Positions 13,666 through 29,299 of a stretch of 64,000 nucleotides of DNA are shown one piece after another (the stretch's first letter is position 1; each line of letters starts with the position of its first letter). Position numbers and translations under genes: made by a program. The notes beneath the pieces are model-generated. The model was not told where the DNA came from, ran no database searches, and worked only from the letters and a program-made list of their open reading frames with translations. The DNA comes from Eledone cirrhosa (lineage: Eukaryota). The stretch spans positions 253,270,001 to 253,334,000 of the forward strand of contig OZ024742.1 of the NCBI GenBank assembly GCA_964016885.1, written 5' to 3'.

Positions 13666-16515
13666 ATAAAAACGAGAAAACCACTCGATCACCTATAGAT
13701 CAGGGGAACACGCCAGCCAGATTGATTATATCCTTACTAGAAGATATGACAAAGTGTCTGTTGTAAACACAAATCCCTCCCTCGTGAAGAATGCACATCC
13801 CAACATAACCTAGTAGTTAGTGACCTCACAATCAGAAATAGACGTACTCGATGACAGAGGAGGCCTACCTTGAGGAGAAGAATATGGAAGTTGAAGGACC
13901 CCATAGCCAGTGACAAATTTAAAAGCTTATTACTTGATGCCTTTGACAATAAGGAGTCGTACAATATAGAGGAACAGTGGGAATTCTTGAATATGAACCT
14001 GCTGAAAGTGACCGATGAAATATGTGGCTGGAGCAGACCTATTGGCAGGAGGAGAGTAACTTGGTGGGGGAACAGTAAGGCAGAAGAGACAATCAAGGCC
14101 AAAAAGCAGACTTGGAAAGTATGGCAAGATGGGGGAAGTAGAGAACACTATCAAGTGGCCAGGAGGGAAGGTAGGAGACAAGTGTACCTTGCAAAAAGGG
14201 AAGCAGAGGATAGAAAGTTCAAGCATGTTCTACAACGTGAGCTTCAACAACGTGAGGATCAACAACGTGAGGTGTTCAGGATTGCTAGACAATGTGTCAA
14301 GGAAAACCATGATATTGTCAGGAAGATGTGTGTCCGTAATGATAATGGTGTACTGCCTTCACTGATACTGATAAGAAGGTAGCTTGGAAGTGTCACTACG
14401 AGAGACTATTAAATGAAGAGAATAAATGGGAAAAAGATAGTCTGCCCCAAATCGATCCAATAGAAGGACCAGCGGTGCAAGTTAAAGGTAGTATAATAAG
14501 TAAGGCAATCAAAGATATGAAGATAGGCAAGGCAGATAGTTGCTGAGATGTTGAAAGCATCTGGAATGGTGGGACATACTATGGTCACCCGGACAGTAAA
14601 CCAAGTAATACAGAATGGGGTCATACCAAAAGACTAGCGTAGCAGCATCATGATTAACTGCTGCAAGAGTATAGGGGATGCTCTAGATAGGGGAAACTAT
14701 TGAGGCATTAAGTTAGTTGACCGGGTCATGAAGGTCACAGAAAGAGTTATAGCGCAACTAATCTGAGAGCGAATTGATCTAGATGAAATGCAGTTTGGGT
14801 TTGTGTCAGGTAAAAGTACCACAGACGCTCTTTTCATTGTACGACAACTACAGGAGAAGTACCTAGCTAAAAGTAACCCCCTCTACTTAGCTTTTGTAGA
14901 CCTGGAGAAAGCCTTTGACAGAGTCCCCTGCTCCATTATCTGGTGGGCTCTTAGAAAACTAGGTGTAGATGAATGGCATGTGAGAGCTATACAAGCTATG
15001 TATAAAGAAACAGTCAGTAAGGTTAGAATTAACAATGAATATAGTGAAGAATTTAGTGTAAAAGTTGGTGTTCAGAACCTTGGTTCTGTCCTTAGCCCCC
15101 TCCGATTTATTATTGCCCTTCAGGCTATAAGAGAGGAGTTCAAGACTGGCTTCCCATGGGAACTCCTATACGCAGATGATCTAACTCTCATAGCTGAATC
15201 TACGGCTGAACTAGAGAAGAAATTCCAAACATGGAAGCATGGCCTAGAATCAAAAGGCCTTAAAATTTACTTGTCTAAGACTAAAGTTCTAGTTAGTAGA
15301 AAGGAAAATAGGGCACAGGTGCCCTCAGTGAAATGGCCATGCTCAGGGTGTAGGAAAGGAATAGGTAGAAATTCCATTTTACGTCCCAAATGCAAACTAT
15401 GGCTACATAAAAGATGTAGTGGGATCACATGTAAACTATCTAAGAACGTAGATTTTACATGTGACCGATGCTCAGGTGCAATAAGTAGCAAGTGCCGACA
15501 GGATACTAGCTCCTTCTATTGCCCAGATGGTTCTATAGAAATAGTGGACACTTTCCGTTATCTGGGTGACAAAATCAGCAATGGTGGAGGGTGCTCTGAA
15601 AGTACAGTTTCCAGAGTCAGAACGGGATGGAAAAAGTTCAGAGAGCTTATACCGCTGTTGGCCACAAAAGGTTTCTCTCTAAAAACGAAAGGCAGATTGT
15701 ATGATGCCTGTATATGAACAGCAATGCTACATGGCAGTGAGACACGGGCATTGCGTGCAGAGGACCTGCGCAGACTGGAAAGGAACAAAGCATGCATGCT
15801 CTGTTGGATGTGTCATAGTAATATACGTGAACGGCAAAGAATAAATGAACTAAGTGAGAAATTAGGAATAAGAGGGATCAGATGCTGTTTACTTGATGGA
15901 AGATTACGTTGGTATGGTCATGTGATGCGCATGAAAGACGACAGCTGTATAAAAAAGTGCAGGGCGATCAAAATTGATGTAAGTTACAGAGTAGTTAGAC
16001 TCAGAAAAACCTGGGACGTTTTGATAAATTCCGACCTTACACACTTGCACCTCTTTAAGACAATGGCACTGGACCGAGATCTTTGGCGCAACGCAGTAAT
16101 ACAGAAGAACCGCCTTGCATATGTATAAAACAAAACCTACAGTCAGTAGGCACCTCTTAACCACATATACACTACCCCTACTCTATCCTCCTACTCCCAC
16201 CAACACCACCCTCTTTCGGTAAAGTTGGTACCACAGCATCCAGTCCAAATAAATGAGATAATGAGATAGAGATCGAGATTGTGTAGGTGTCACGACAAAA
16301 AAAAAACAGTCCACGCTGTAATGTGGCCGTGTAGGTAACATGGTAAACAGTTCCCAGTCCACACTGTAAATATGGTCGCTGTAGAAAACCTGCCAGATAG
16401 TCCTATGAATGAGACGCGGTCACCCGACCAACCTTGCCTCAATTGGGTCAACTCCCGTACAACCCATGCTAGCGTGGAAGATGCACGTTTAACGATGATG
16501 AGGATGATGATAATG
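13666..16515 (+). mobile_element. RTE-clade LINE, 5'-truncated within the APE domain, pseudogenised
   Basis: ITYRSGEHASQIDYIL (end of APE), RT ORF pieces at 14788-15717, PHD-like finger and a (GAT)n tail. Confidence 0.93.
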
Positions 16516-16524
16516 ATATATATC

Positions 16525-16830
16525 ATCATTTCATTTTACGTCCGCTTTTCCCTACTTGCAAGGGTGGGATGGGAACTGATTCAGGGTTGATTTCTACAGC
16601 TGGATGCCCTTCCTAACACCAACCTCATTTACCGTGAGTGTTGGGTGCTTTTTTTTCCATGGCACCCACACGTCTACTTTACAGTGTGGGCTGGGTGCTT
16701 TTTTTGCTGTGGTACCTCCACAACCCCTTTGCAGTGGAATGATAGGGGCCCCAGTCCTATCATCTCATTTCTACAGCTGAGTAAACTGGAGCAATGTGAA
16801 ATAAAGTGTCTTGCTCAAGGAAACAACACA
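16525..16830 (-). mobile_element. SINE family B (CORE/MESC-like body, RTE-type 3' tail), partial
   Basis: Minus-strand core tccttgagcaagacacttt; the 3' end matches the RTE tail at 39614-39671. Confidence 0.75.
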
Positions 16831-16832
16831 TC

Positions 16833-16864
<32 letters not shown>

Positions 16865-16887
16865 AATATATATATATATATATATAA

Positions 16888-16921
<34 letters not shown>

Positions 16922-17111
16922 GTTAACCTTGGTCTTCCTCTTCTAGTGTGTCCATGTAGGGGCTCCCAAAGGAGCACTGAGTGCAATGTCAATGTTGATG
17001 CCCTAAGGACAGACACTGGTCTGTTGGAGATGCAGGATATGGCAGCGATAATGAGGGACAGAGACCGCTGGAGAGAACTCGTCCATGGATCTCGGGAATT
17101 TTACCTGCCTT

Positions 17112-17163
<52 letters not shown>

Positions 17164-17294
17164 CAACTAATACCTTAACACTTCACACAAAGTAAAACAT
17201 TTCGTTTTAATCATTTTCTAACCCAGAAAAAAGAAAGAGAGAAACAAAAAAGGAAAAAAAAATTTTTTTCTTCCTAATAATCCTCTCTTTCTCC

Positions 17295-17388
<94 letters not shown>

Positions 17389-17432
17389 AAGTTAAATAAA
17401 AGTCAAATGATTAAAATTTAGCTTCGTTTATT

Positions 17433-17487
17433 ACTGCTATATATATTTCAGTGACAGCCATCTTTGGCTGTGACCTCTTCAGGCAGT
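17433..17487 (-). ncRNA. Type I minimal HHR motif (mirror copy)
   Basis: Reverse complement of 20825-20879. Confidence 0.75.
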
Positions 17488-19158
17488 TTGAATTAGTATG
17501 GTATAGACAAGTACATATGTTGTTTAGGTGTATGATATTGTCAATACTCTGATATGCCCAGTTCCTTGTTGGGTTGTTAATTCACTGGGGAACTGGAGTC
17601 ATATGAATTCAAACAAACGAATTTTAGTGTCACAGGTCCCCTTCTCCTCTCATTGGTCAGTTATTAGTGTTGTCATTGTTGGAGTTAGCTTAAAAATTGA
17701 TAAAATGGTAGAAGGGACAAGGTGTTGAAGGAACAAAATATCAAAAAATGTGTCAAACTTCCCATTGTTCAGTTCTGAGAGCATTCCTCAGTCAGAAGTC
17801 TATAGAATTCTTTCTGGGGTGAGGCTCCCTGTAGTGTTTATGCCTGCTATTGTTCAGTACATTTGACCTCCACCATTATTTTGGTACTGTTGTTGTTGTA
17901 GTGGTCAGCTTGTATCTTGCTGCTGCTAACAATTTAGAAGTATTCAGTTTGTGTTTTCTCTTCATCCCACCCGCCACCATCGTAGTGGTGGTGGCGGGGG
18001 GGGGGGGGGGTATTTCATGTATATGAAGAAATATAAGGCAATACATGAAGAAAACAGAAGATAAATAAATAATATAATAAAATAAAATAATTAATATAAT
18101 TTGTGTAATTTGAAAATAAATAAATAAATAGAGAATAAAGAATAAAGAGTAAATGAGAGATTGGTGAAAAAGTAATGATAATGTATATGGAGAAGTGAGA
18201 AATAATGTAGGATAAAGTGTGTGTGTGTGTGTGTGCTATAACCAATCTCAAGGTCAGAATATGTTGGATAGATTGGTATGATACAAGATGTTAAGATGAG
18301 ATATTCAATGTGTTTGTGTTATAATCTATCTCAACTTAAAATAAATATAAATATAAGGTTATACAGTGAAGAGGGCAGAAAACAAATAACAAATTAATAT
18401 AGAGAAATCAAGATTTAAGATTGGAACTTTAAAGTCAGAAATCTGGTAAATTAAAAGTGTTTGTGTTATAGATGTTGGCCAGATTATTATGGCTGTGTCC
18501 GATTCTGTCTCTAGGCTATCATGGTGTCTGCTCCGCCTGGGTTGTTCCCTATGGCTTGAGGGGAGTTCACAACCTAGGGTGTTGTAATTGTCAATATAGC
18601 TTGAGGGAGGTCTGGCCGAGAGGTGTTTTCATGTTCTGTAGAAGTCCCTATAGCTTGAGGGGAGTTCACATCTTCTTGTGTTGCTACTGTCCATATATTT
18701 TGAGAAAGGTCCCGGCTCTAAGGTGTCTGCATGTCCCGAAGAAGTCGGTTCTGAGGTTTATCAGGCCGCTTCCACCTCTTAGTATCTCGAGGGTCTCGTT
18801 CAGGCATAGTTTGCATATGCAAGATCCCCCTTTATCGGGTGGTACTTTCCTGATTATGTACCAGGCCAGAGAGTATGGGGTCCTGTCCAGCTTAAGCTTC
18901 CAGATCAGGTCGGAGAGAGCTGTGCTTTTCCTTTTGGCCTCCTTCTTGAATGAATGGCGATGGTTGTACCAGCGGTCCTTAAAGCTCGTTGATGTGGCTC
19001 CTATGTAGAGGTGTTCGGAGTTGGGGGTTTTAACCCTACAACCGTACACTATGTTCTTCTTGAGACATTCATTAGAAAGGGGGCATGATTCGGGGTTTCT
19101 ACAGTTGCAGAGGGTGGGCGGCCTCTGCGTGCTTAGATTAGGGTTCTCATTATGTGTA

Positions 19159-19632
19159 ACACATAATGAGAACCCTAATCTAAGCACGCAGAGGCCGCCC
19201 ACCCTCTGCAACTGTAGAAACCCCGAATCATGCCCCCTTGCTAATGAATGTCTCAAGAAGAACATAGTGTACGGTTGTAGGGTTAAAACCCCCAACTCCG
19301 AACACCTCTACATAGGAGCCACATCAACGAGCTTTAAGGACCGCTGGTACAACCATCGCCATTCATTCAAGAAGGAGGCCAAAAGGAAAAGCACAGCTCT
19401 CTCCGACCTGATCTGGAAGCTTAAGCTGGACAGGACCCCATACTCTCTGGCCTGGTACATAATCAGGAAAGTACCACCCGATAAAGGGGGATCTTGCATA
19501 TGCAAACTATGCCTGAACGAGACCCTCGAGATACTAAGAGGTGGAAGCGGCCTGATAAACCTCAGAACCGACTTCTTCGGGACACGCAGACACCTTAGAG
19601 CCGGGACCTTTCTCAAAATATATGGACAGTAG
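19159..19632 (+). pseudogene. PLE C-terminal GIY-YIG endonuclease domain without RT (mirror copy at 18684-19157 on the minus strand)
   Basis: CNCRNPESCPL..ECLKKNIVY...YIGATSTSFKDRWYNHRHSF...CKLCLNE is collinear with the PLE ORF at 57797. The N-terminus in the ORF track is antisense sequence from the palindrome. Confidence 0.88.
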
Positions 19633-20824
19633 CAACACAAGAAGATGTGAACTCCCCTCAAGCTATAGGGACTTCTACAGAACATGAAAACACCTCTCGG
19701 CCAGACCTCCCCCAAGCTATATGGACAATTACAACACCCTAGGTTGTGAACTCCCCTCAAGCCATAGGGAACAACCCAGGCGGAGCAGACACCATGATAG
19801 CCTAGAGACAGAATCGGACACAGCCATAATAATCTGGCCAACATCTATAACACAAACACTTTTAATTTACCAGATTTCTGACTTTAAAGTTCCAATCTTA
19901 AATCTTGATTTCTCTATATTAATTTGTTATTTGTTTTCTGCCCTCTTCACTGTATAACCTTATATTTATATTTATTTTAAGTTGAGATAGATTATAACAC
20001 AAACACATTGAATATCTCATCTTAACATCTTGTATCATACCAATCTATCCAACATATTCTGACCTTGAGATTGGTTATAGCACACACACACACACACTTT
20101 ATCCTACAATATTTCTCACTTCTCCATATACATTATCATTACTTTTTCACCAATCTCTCATTTACTCTTTATTCTTTATTCTCTATTTATTTATTTATTT
20201 TCAAATTACACAAATTATATTAATTATTTTATTTTATTATATTATTTATTTATCTTCTGTTTTCTTCATTTATTGCCTTATATTTCTTCATATACATGAA
20301 ATAACTCCCCCCCCCCGCCACCACCACTACGATGGTGGCGGGTGGGATGAAGAGAAAACACAAACTGAATACTTCTAAATTGTTAGCAGCAGCAAGATAC
20401 AAGCTGACCACTACAACAACAACAGTACCAAAATAATGGTGGAGGTCAAATGTACTGAACAATAGCAGGCATAAACACTACAGGGAGCCTCACTCCAGAA
20501 AGAATTCTATAGACTTCTGACTGAGGAATGCTCTCAGAACTGAACAATGGGAAGTTTGACACATTTTTTGATATTTTGTTCCTTCAACACCTTGTCCCTT
20601 CTACCATTTTATCAATTTTTAAGCTAACTCCAACAATGACAACACTAATAACTGACCAATGAGAGGAGAAGGGGACCTGTGACACTAAAATTCGTTTGTT
20701 TGAATTCATATGACTCCAGTTCCCCAGTGAATTAACAACCCAACAAGGAACTGGGCATATCAGAGTATTGACAATATCATACACCTAAACAACATATGTA
20801 CTTGTCTATACCATACTAATTCAA

Positions 20825-20879
20825 ACTGCCTGAAGAGGTCACAGCCAAAGATGGCTGTCACTGAAATATATATAGCAGT
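20825..20879 (+). ncRNA. Type I minimal HHR motif in the PLE pLTR
   Basis: actgc CTGAAGA ggtcacagcc aaagat ggctgtcact GAAA t atat a TA gcagt. Confidence 0.75.
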
Positions 20880-21029
20880 AATAAACGAAGCTAAATTTTA
20901 ATCATTTGACTTTTATTTAACTTTATTTTACACTACTCCGGAGTAACCAAACCAACCTGCGCACTTCGTCGAGTGCTCCAGCCTGCATACTGAGGTGTTG
21001 GTATACAACCAACATAAACTCAAAATCTA

Positions 21030-21072
<43 letters not shown>

Positions 21073-21096
21073 TAACTCGTGTGCTTCCTCTCCACA

Positions 21097-21245
<149 letters not shown>

Positions 21246-21698
21246 ATACTATTTATAGTTATGTATATAGTATAAACAACTATAAACAGGAAGGTCAGTA
21301 ATTTCTTAATTACCTTATTACTAGTAAGAGAAATAGCTCAATGTATGAACATCAGTTGTTTTACAGAGCAGGAAAATAAATAAATTATACAATTATCAAA
21401 GTTGTGTTCAAAAGTTGTGTCTCAAAACTACTTCCTCAATGCCTCTTTAATGATTGGACTATTCCCTTGCCTTAACTGTTGCATGTATTCTACTCCGTGC
21501 TTTTGATTTTAATTTAATTTGAATTTGTATTTGAATTTGAACTTGAATGTTTGTTCAATTATTGTACAATTCTCGTAAAATATATGTCACATCCATTCCA
21601 CCCTGTAAATACGAAACTGTTGCTCACAACATCAATTTATATGTATCTATATTATTGTTCAGTTGAATAGGAGGTTAATTATATGTACAAATATTGAT

Positions 21699-21750
21699 AA
21701 TGCTCCGATGATTCCAAACGAGAGTTTGGAAGAAACGATTGTCAGCTATT
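21699..21750 (+). ncRNA. HHR-like motif (CCGATGA core variant)
   Basis: aatgct CCGATGA ttccaaac gaga gtttggaa GAAA c gatt g TC agctatt. The downstream segment 21757-21794 has an inverted copy at 21375-21412. Confidence 0.65.
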
Positions 21751-21876
21751 AAATGATTTGAACACAACTTTGATAATTGTATAATTTATTTATTATATAT
21801 TTACTTAAGGTAAATATTGATGCAATTCAATTCAAGCACTCAACGTACTTATTCCACAGTGACGGAGTAAATATCG

Positions 21877-23411
<1,535 letters not shown>

Positions 23412-23736
23412 ATAGATTAGAGTAAACATTATGGGCGCTCTATCTCAAAATAATTTTTGAAAATGCGCAACCGGTAAAAACTTAAAACTAAAACTGAATA
23501 CTAACCAATACTAATTTATACTTATTCCTAATTAAACTATTTTTCACTGGGAAAAAATTGTCAGCATTTTCTTTTCCTTTTACTAATATATTACAACTCG
23601 TGTGTTACACCTCTATTTTTTAAAATTATATATGTACATGCATATATATATTATATATATATATATATATTATATATATATATTATATATATATATATTA
23701 TATATATATTATATATATATATATTATATATATATA

Positions 23737-23770
<34 letters not shown>

Positions 23771-23822
23771 CCAAGACTGGAATTGAACGATCATCACAGT
23801 TGAGGTATGTCATACATCAATA

Positions 23823-24095
23823 TATATATTTTATCTGATGAGGACGTACTGAAAAAACAGCACAGTACCTCCGAAATATATATAATTGTTTCTACTTTAG
23901 GCACAAGGCCAGCAATTACCGAGTGCATTACTTGTACTTTATTTTATCGACCCCGTAAGGATGAAAGCAAAGTCAACCTCGGCGGGATTTGAACTCAGAT
24001 CGTAAAGGGACGTAACTATGCTGGAAAGCATGGCGTCCGACCCTCTACCGATACTGCCAATCCACCACCCCATAATATATATAATAAAATATATT
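23823..24095 (+). ncRNA. Type I HHR motif split by a SINE insertion
   Basis: atattttat CTGATGA ggacgtactg..cagtacctcc GAAA tatata TA; the 3' strand of stem I (ataaaatat) lies after the SINE. Confidence 0.7.
23885..24073 (-). mobile_element. SINE family A with 12-bp TSD
   Basis: TSD aatatatataat at 23875-23886 and 24074-24085. Confidence 0.88.
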
Positions 24096-24233
24096 TTGAT
24101 TACGTTGAATGTCTATATTTATTAATATTTTGAATTAATATTATATATATATACATAAATAAAGTACCAGTAATGCACTGGGTAATTGCTGGCCTTGTGC
24201 CTAAAGTAGAAACAATTATATATATATATACTG

Positions 24234-25614
<1,381 letters not shown>

Positions 25615-26277
25615 CTGAATTTATATTTGTATTAATCTCCCGAGTCTTACAATTAACCTGTTAATAATTCTATTGACAGATTAATTGCATGAGTTTATTT
25701 TAAAACTACCTGGTTGAGTGCATATTCGATTTGTGCTATTTATGCAATTTTTTGCATGATTTACACATACTGAATTCATTTGCCAAAATCTGGGGTTTTT
25801 CCCCTTGTGAGTTGCGCATGTGCTTTTACAAAGCTCTGCGTCATTCACAAAGTTGGCGCAGAGCAAAATACATGTTGATAACGTGATATTCCTTGTTCGA
25901 TCATTATACCAAAAGCTTATAGTTTTAAGCAGACAGTATTATTGATTTAAGTATCATAGAAACCCTGCATTTGGATTTTACCATCAATTCCAATGGGTCC
26001 AGGTCGGTTATATATGTGTATATGTATATATATATATATGTATATATATATATGATTTTATCATTTATTTTGTTTGACCTGTTTAGCTTGACTTGTTTTT
26101 TGGCTTAGGTTGTTAATGCCTTCTTGAACACTTTTTCAGTTTTGTATGGCGTTTTAACATATATGTTTAGCTCTAGTTTTTTAACTATGGAGCGCTTGCC
26201 AGCATAACTCTGATTTTGCGTTTCGTTTCGCTTTTTCTACCCGCCGAAATGCGATTCTTGCTGAATTTATATTTATA

Positions 26278-26344
<67 letters not shown>

Positions 26345-27614
26345 AGCATGGAAAAATGGATGTAAAAATGATGATGATAATATATACACTTCTAATTGAA
26401 TACCCATATTGAAGCTGACAGGCATTATTCATGGATCTCCACCTGTTTTGATAATGTGTGTACTAGTTGTTTGATCAGTAGAATATCCTGCTCATGAAAT
26501 TGATGTGTAAGGAAATGAGTACTCCATTCATATATATGTGTACCCTTAATGTAATTCTCATGAAGATTTAGCATAACACAGTATGTGACAATACTGTACT
26601 TTTGAATTATAGGTGCAGTCCACCCAATATGCTTTGGTTTCCAAACAGTGTTTATCTATACAATATCACTCATAAGGTTTGTGTCAACATTTAACTATGG
26701 TAAATGACATATTTGCCAATATGTCATGCAATGGGATTGAATTTGAGACTTTATAATTGCGAAGCAAACTTCTTAACCTCTCAGATATGCTGTGTTCACG
26801 TATTTAAGGATGCAAGATATACCAACAGATTGATATTTGAGCCAATGCAGTAGGTTCTATGTGGTCACAATTCTGCTACATATAGCCACCAAATCATCCT
26901 AAAACCATGCCATGTATATTGGCTAATGCACACCTAGAGACACAGGGACATATCGTGGCAGAATAAAAGACAGCATGATCAAATCTAGAGTACATAAACA
27001 TAGAAACACCTATGATATAGATAAAAACATTGTCAGACAAATACCCAGAATAAAACCTAACCAAAACCTTGATTAATTAAAAATTCATTTGAAAATTATA
27101 AGCAGTGTATTTCATTTGAAATATGGTATGAAAGGGTTAAGATGAGTTTCAAATATTTTTCTTTATTCTATATCTATTCATAAAATTTATATATAAGATT
27201 GGTATCATGCTGCAGTTTGAAATAAGTCTGTTAGGATTTCTGTAACATTTTCCAGTATTTGAAATTATTTGTCCTTCTTTTATCTTGCAAGACTTTCTCT
27301 TATTTTCCTGTCTAGTTAGTCAATATTATATATCCCTTTTGTCTATATTACGTGATATATAGTGATATATAGTATGGTATATAAGGCCAAAGGATAAAAG
27401 GTCATGTTATACAGCTGGATGTGTTATTAAATATAATACTTAAGCATATAGAAGCACACATCATACAAACATATATACTTACAGACAAACAGACATGTAT
27501 ACATATCAGGATATATACATATGTATACAACATATGCAAACATATGCAACACATATTTTGGTGGATATCAACATCCATGTCTAAGTTTGTGTATATATAT
27601 ATATATACAAAATA

Positions 27615-27935
27615 ATGATTCCAGTTCCACAGTGAAACAACAACCCAACCAGGAACTGGGCATATCAGAGTATTGCCAAAGTCAAACACCTCAACAACAT
27701 GTGTACTCGTCTCTACCACACTAATTCGGACTGCCTGAAGAGGTCACAGCCAAAGATGGCTGTCACCGAAATATATATAGCAGTAATAAACGAAGCCAAA
27801 TTTTAAACATTTGACTTATTTATTTTATTTTATTTTACATTACTCTGGAATAACCAAACCAACCTGCGCACTTCGTCGAGTGCTCCAATCTGCATACTGG
27901 GGTGTTGGTATACAACCAACATATACTCAAAATTT
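27615..27935 (+). mobile_element. Solo pLTR of the 17382-21028 PLE family, with an HHR at 27730-27784
   Basis: Clear homology to 20710-21028; flanked by TA runs. Confidence 0.88.
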
Positions 27936-28257
27936 ATATATATATATATATATATACATAAATGGCAATTTCTGTCTTTGTTTGTGAACCTAAAACTCAA
28001 AAACTACCAAACCGATCTTGATGAAACTTGACACATGTATGGCTCTCATGGCTATTTGGTTTCTTACGTATATTTCATTTTAATCAAAAAGTTCCCCGGG
28101 GGCTCAAATCCCTGCTGAAAACCCCCACTGAAAATGTTTTCCCTTCGATTTATATAAAATTTAAACCATAGGTAAATGACAAGATATGATGCTTATTCAG
28201 AAAGTTTCAGCAAATTTAAATAATACTAAGATACCCTAATGGGGGTTAAACCCCCTA

Positions 28258-28788
28258 TCTATTATACATAAAATGGCAATTTCTGTCTGTGTGTTTGTTT
28301 GTGGATTTGTTTGTGAACCTAAAACTAAAGACCTACCAAACCGATCTTGATGAAACTTGACACGTGTGTGGGGCTCATGCCCATTTGATTTCTTACGTAC
28401 TTTGAAGTTAAAAAAAAATCGATAATTTCCAGTCTGCATCGATTTAAAAAAAAATGAATAGGAAATTTGTATGCAAGTACTCATATGAATGTTATTTTCT
28501 GCCATAACTTTTAAAGCTCTCAACCTTGAAACACAGATAGATTATGTGTTAAGGATGGCTTTTTGCTAAGGAGAATTATCCAGACCACTCGAGTAAAGCG
28601 TAAGGTGATTTTTTATTAACTGATGAGCGAAATTTGACTTCCGCTGTTGTGGGCTTAAAATATTCTCCATAAATCAACTTAATATTCTCTGCTTGCTGTA
28701 ACATTTATGTTTGGTCTGAGAGGCATTGGGCATTTAATGGGAACTGGGAATAGCCCCGCTCCTGGGTATTACCGGGTACCTCAGCTAG
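28258..28788 (+). mobile_element. Non-autonomous Helitron, with a related partial 5' copy at 27950-28257
   Basis: A|TCTATTATACATAAAATG... with imperfect hairpin cctgggtattaccggg and end ...CTAG|T. The 5' segment is duplicated upstream. Confidence 0.7.
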
Positions 28789-28800
28789 TATATATATATA

Positions 28801-29241
28801 TACAATAAAAGAGAAAACACAGTGAAGCATTAAAAAAAGGATTTTATCCAGGTATTTACGACCATTTCATTGATAAGCGCAACCTTATATCATTATACTG
28901 CAAATAGCAGCCACTCGATAATAACTGTTATTATTTTGTTCATTATTTTGAAAATTTGGAGGTGAATAACAGTTATTATCGAGTGGCTGCTATTTGCAGT
29001 ATAGCGATATAAGGTTGTGCTTACCAATGAAACGGTCGTAAATACCTGGATAAAATCCTTTTTTTAATGCCTACCTGTGTTTTCTCTTTTATTGTTTATA
29101 CTCCAAGATTGAACGGGATTTACTAACAATATTCTTGCAAACTTGTGGAGTTATCCCTAACCATACGTTAGAAACCGTCCAAGAAACTGGCTATCTTAAC
29201 CACGAACTGGAATGCAATAAGCAATTTTCTGCTTTCCTAAC

Positions 29242-29242
<1 letters not shown>
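28801..29242 (+). mobile_element. Fold-back non-coding element in (TA)n with a decayed HHR-like motif
   Basis: 28801-28930 pairs with 28965-29095. GAAA c ggtc g TA lies at 29029-29040, with a possible decayed core ttgaaaa at 28948. Confidence 0.7.

Positions 29243-29294
<52 letters not shown>

Positions 29295-29299
<5 letters not shown>

Larger units (their letters stand above)
17382..21028 (+). mobile_element. PLE-derived 3.55-kb palindrome (GIY-YIG 3' end + 3' UTR + pLTR, inverted about position 19158) with a ~97-nt unpaired tail, inserted in (TA)n
   Basis: 17382-19157 is the reverse complement of 19159-20930 with a 1-nt spacer and few mismatches. The mirror ORFs encode a GIY-YIG domain, and each arm has an HHR. 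Confidence 0.92.

Noticed and set aside
18472-19844. 178-aa mirror ORFs and the N-terminal 46 aa of the 203-aa ORFs
   Set aside because: They are antisense readings created by the palindrome.
25612-26010. TA-flanked unique segment as another HHR element
   Set aside because: No convincing core or inverted arm was found by eye.
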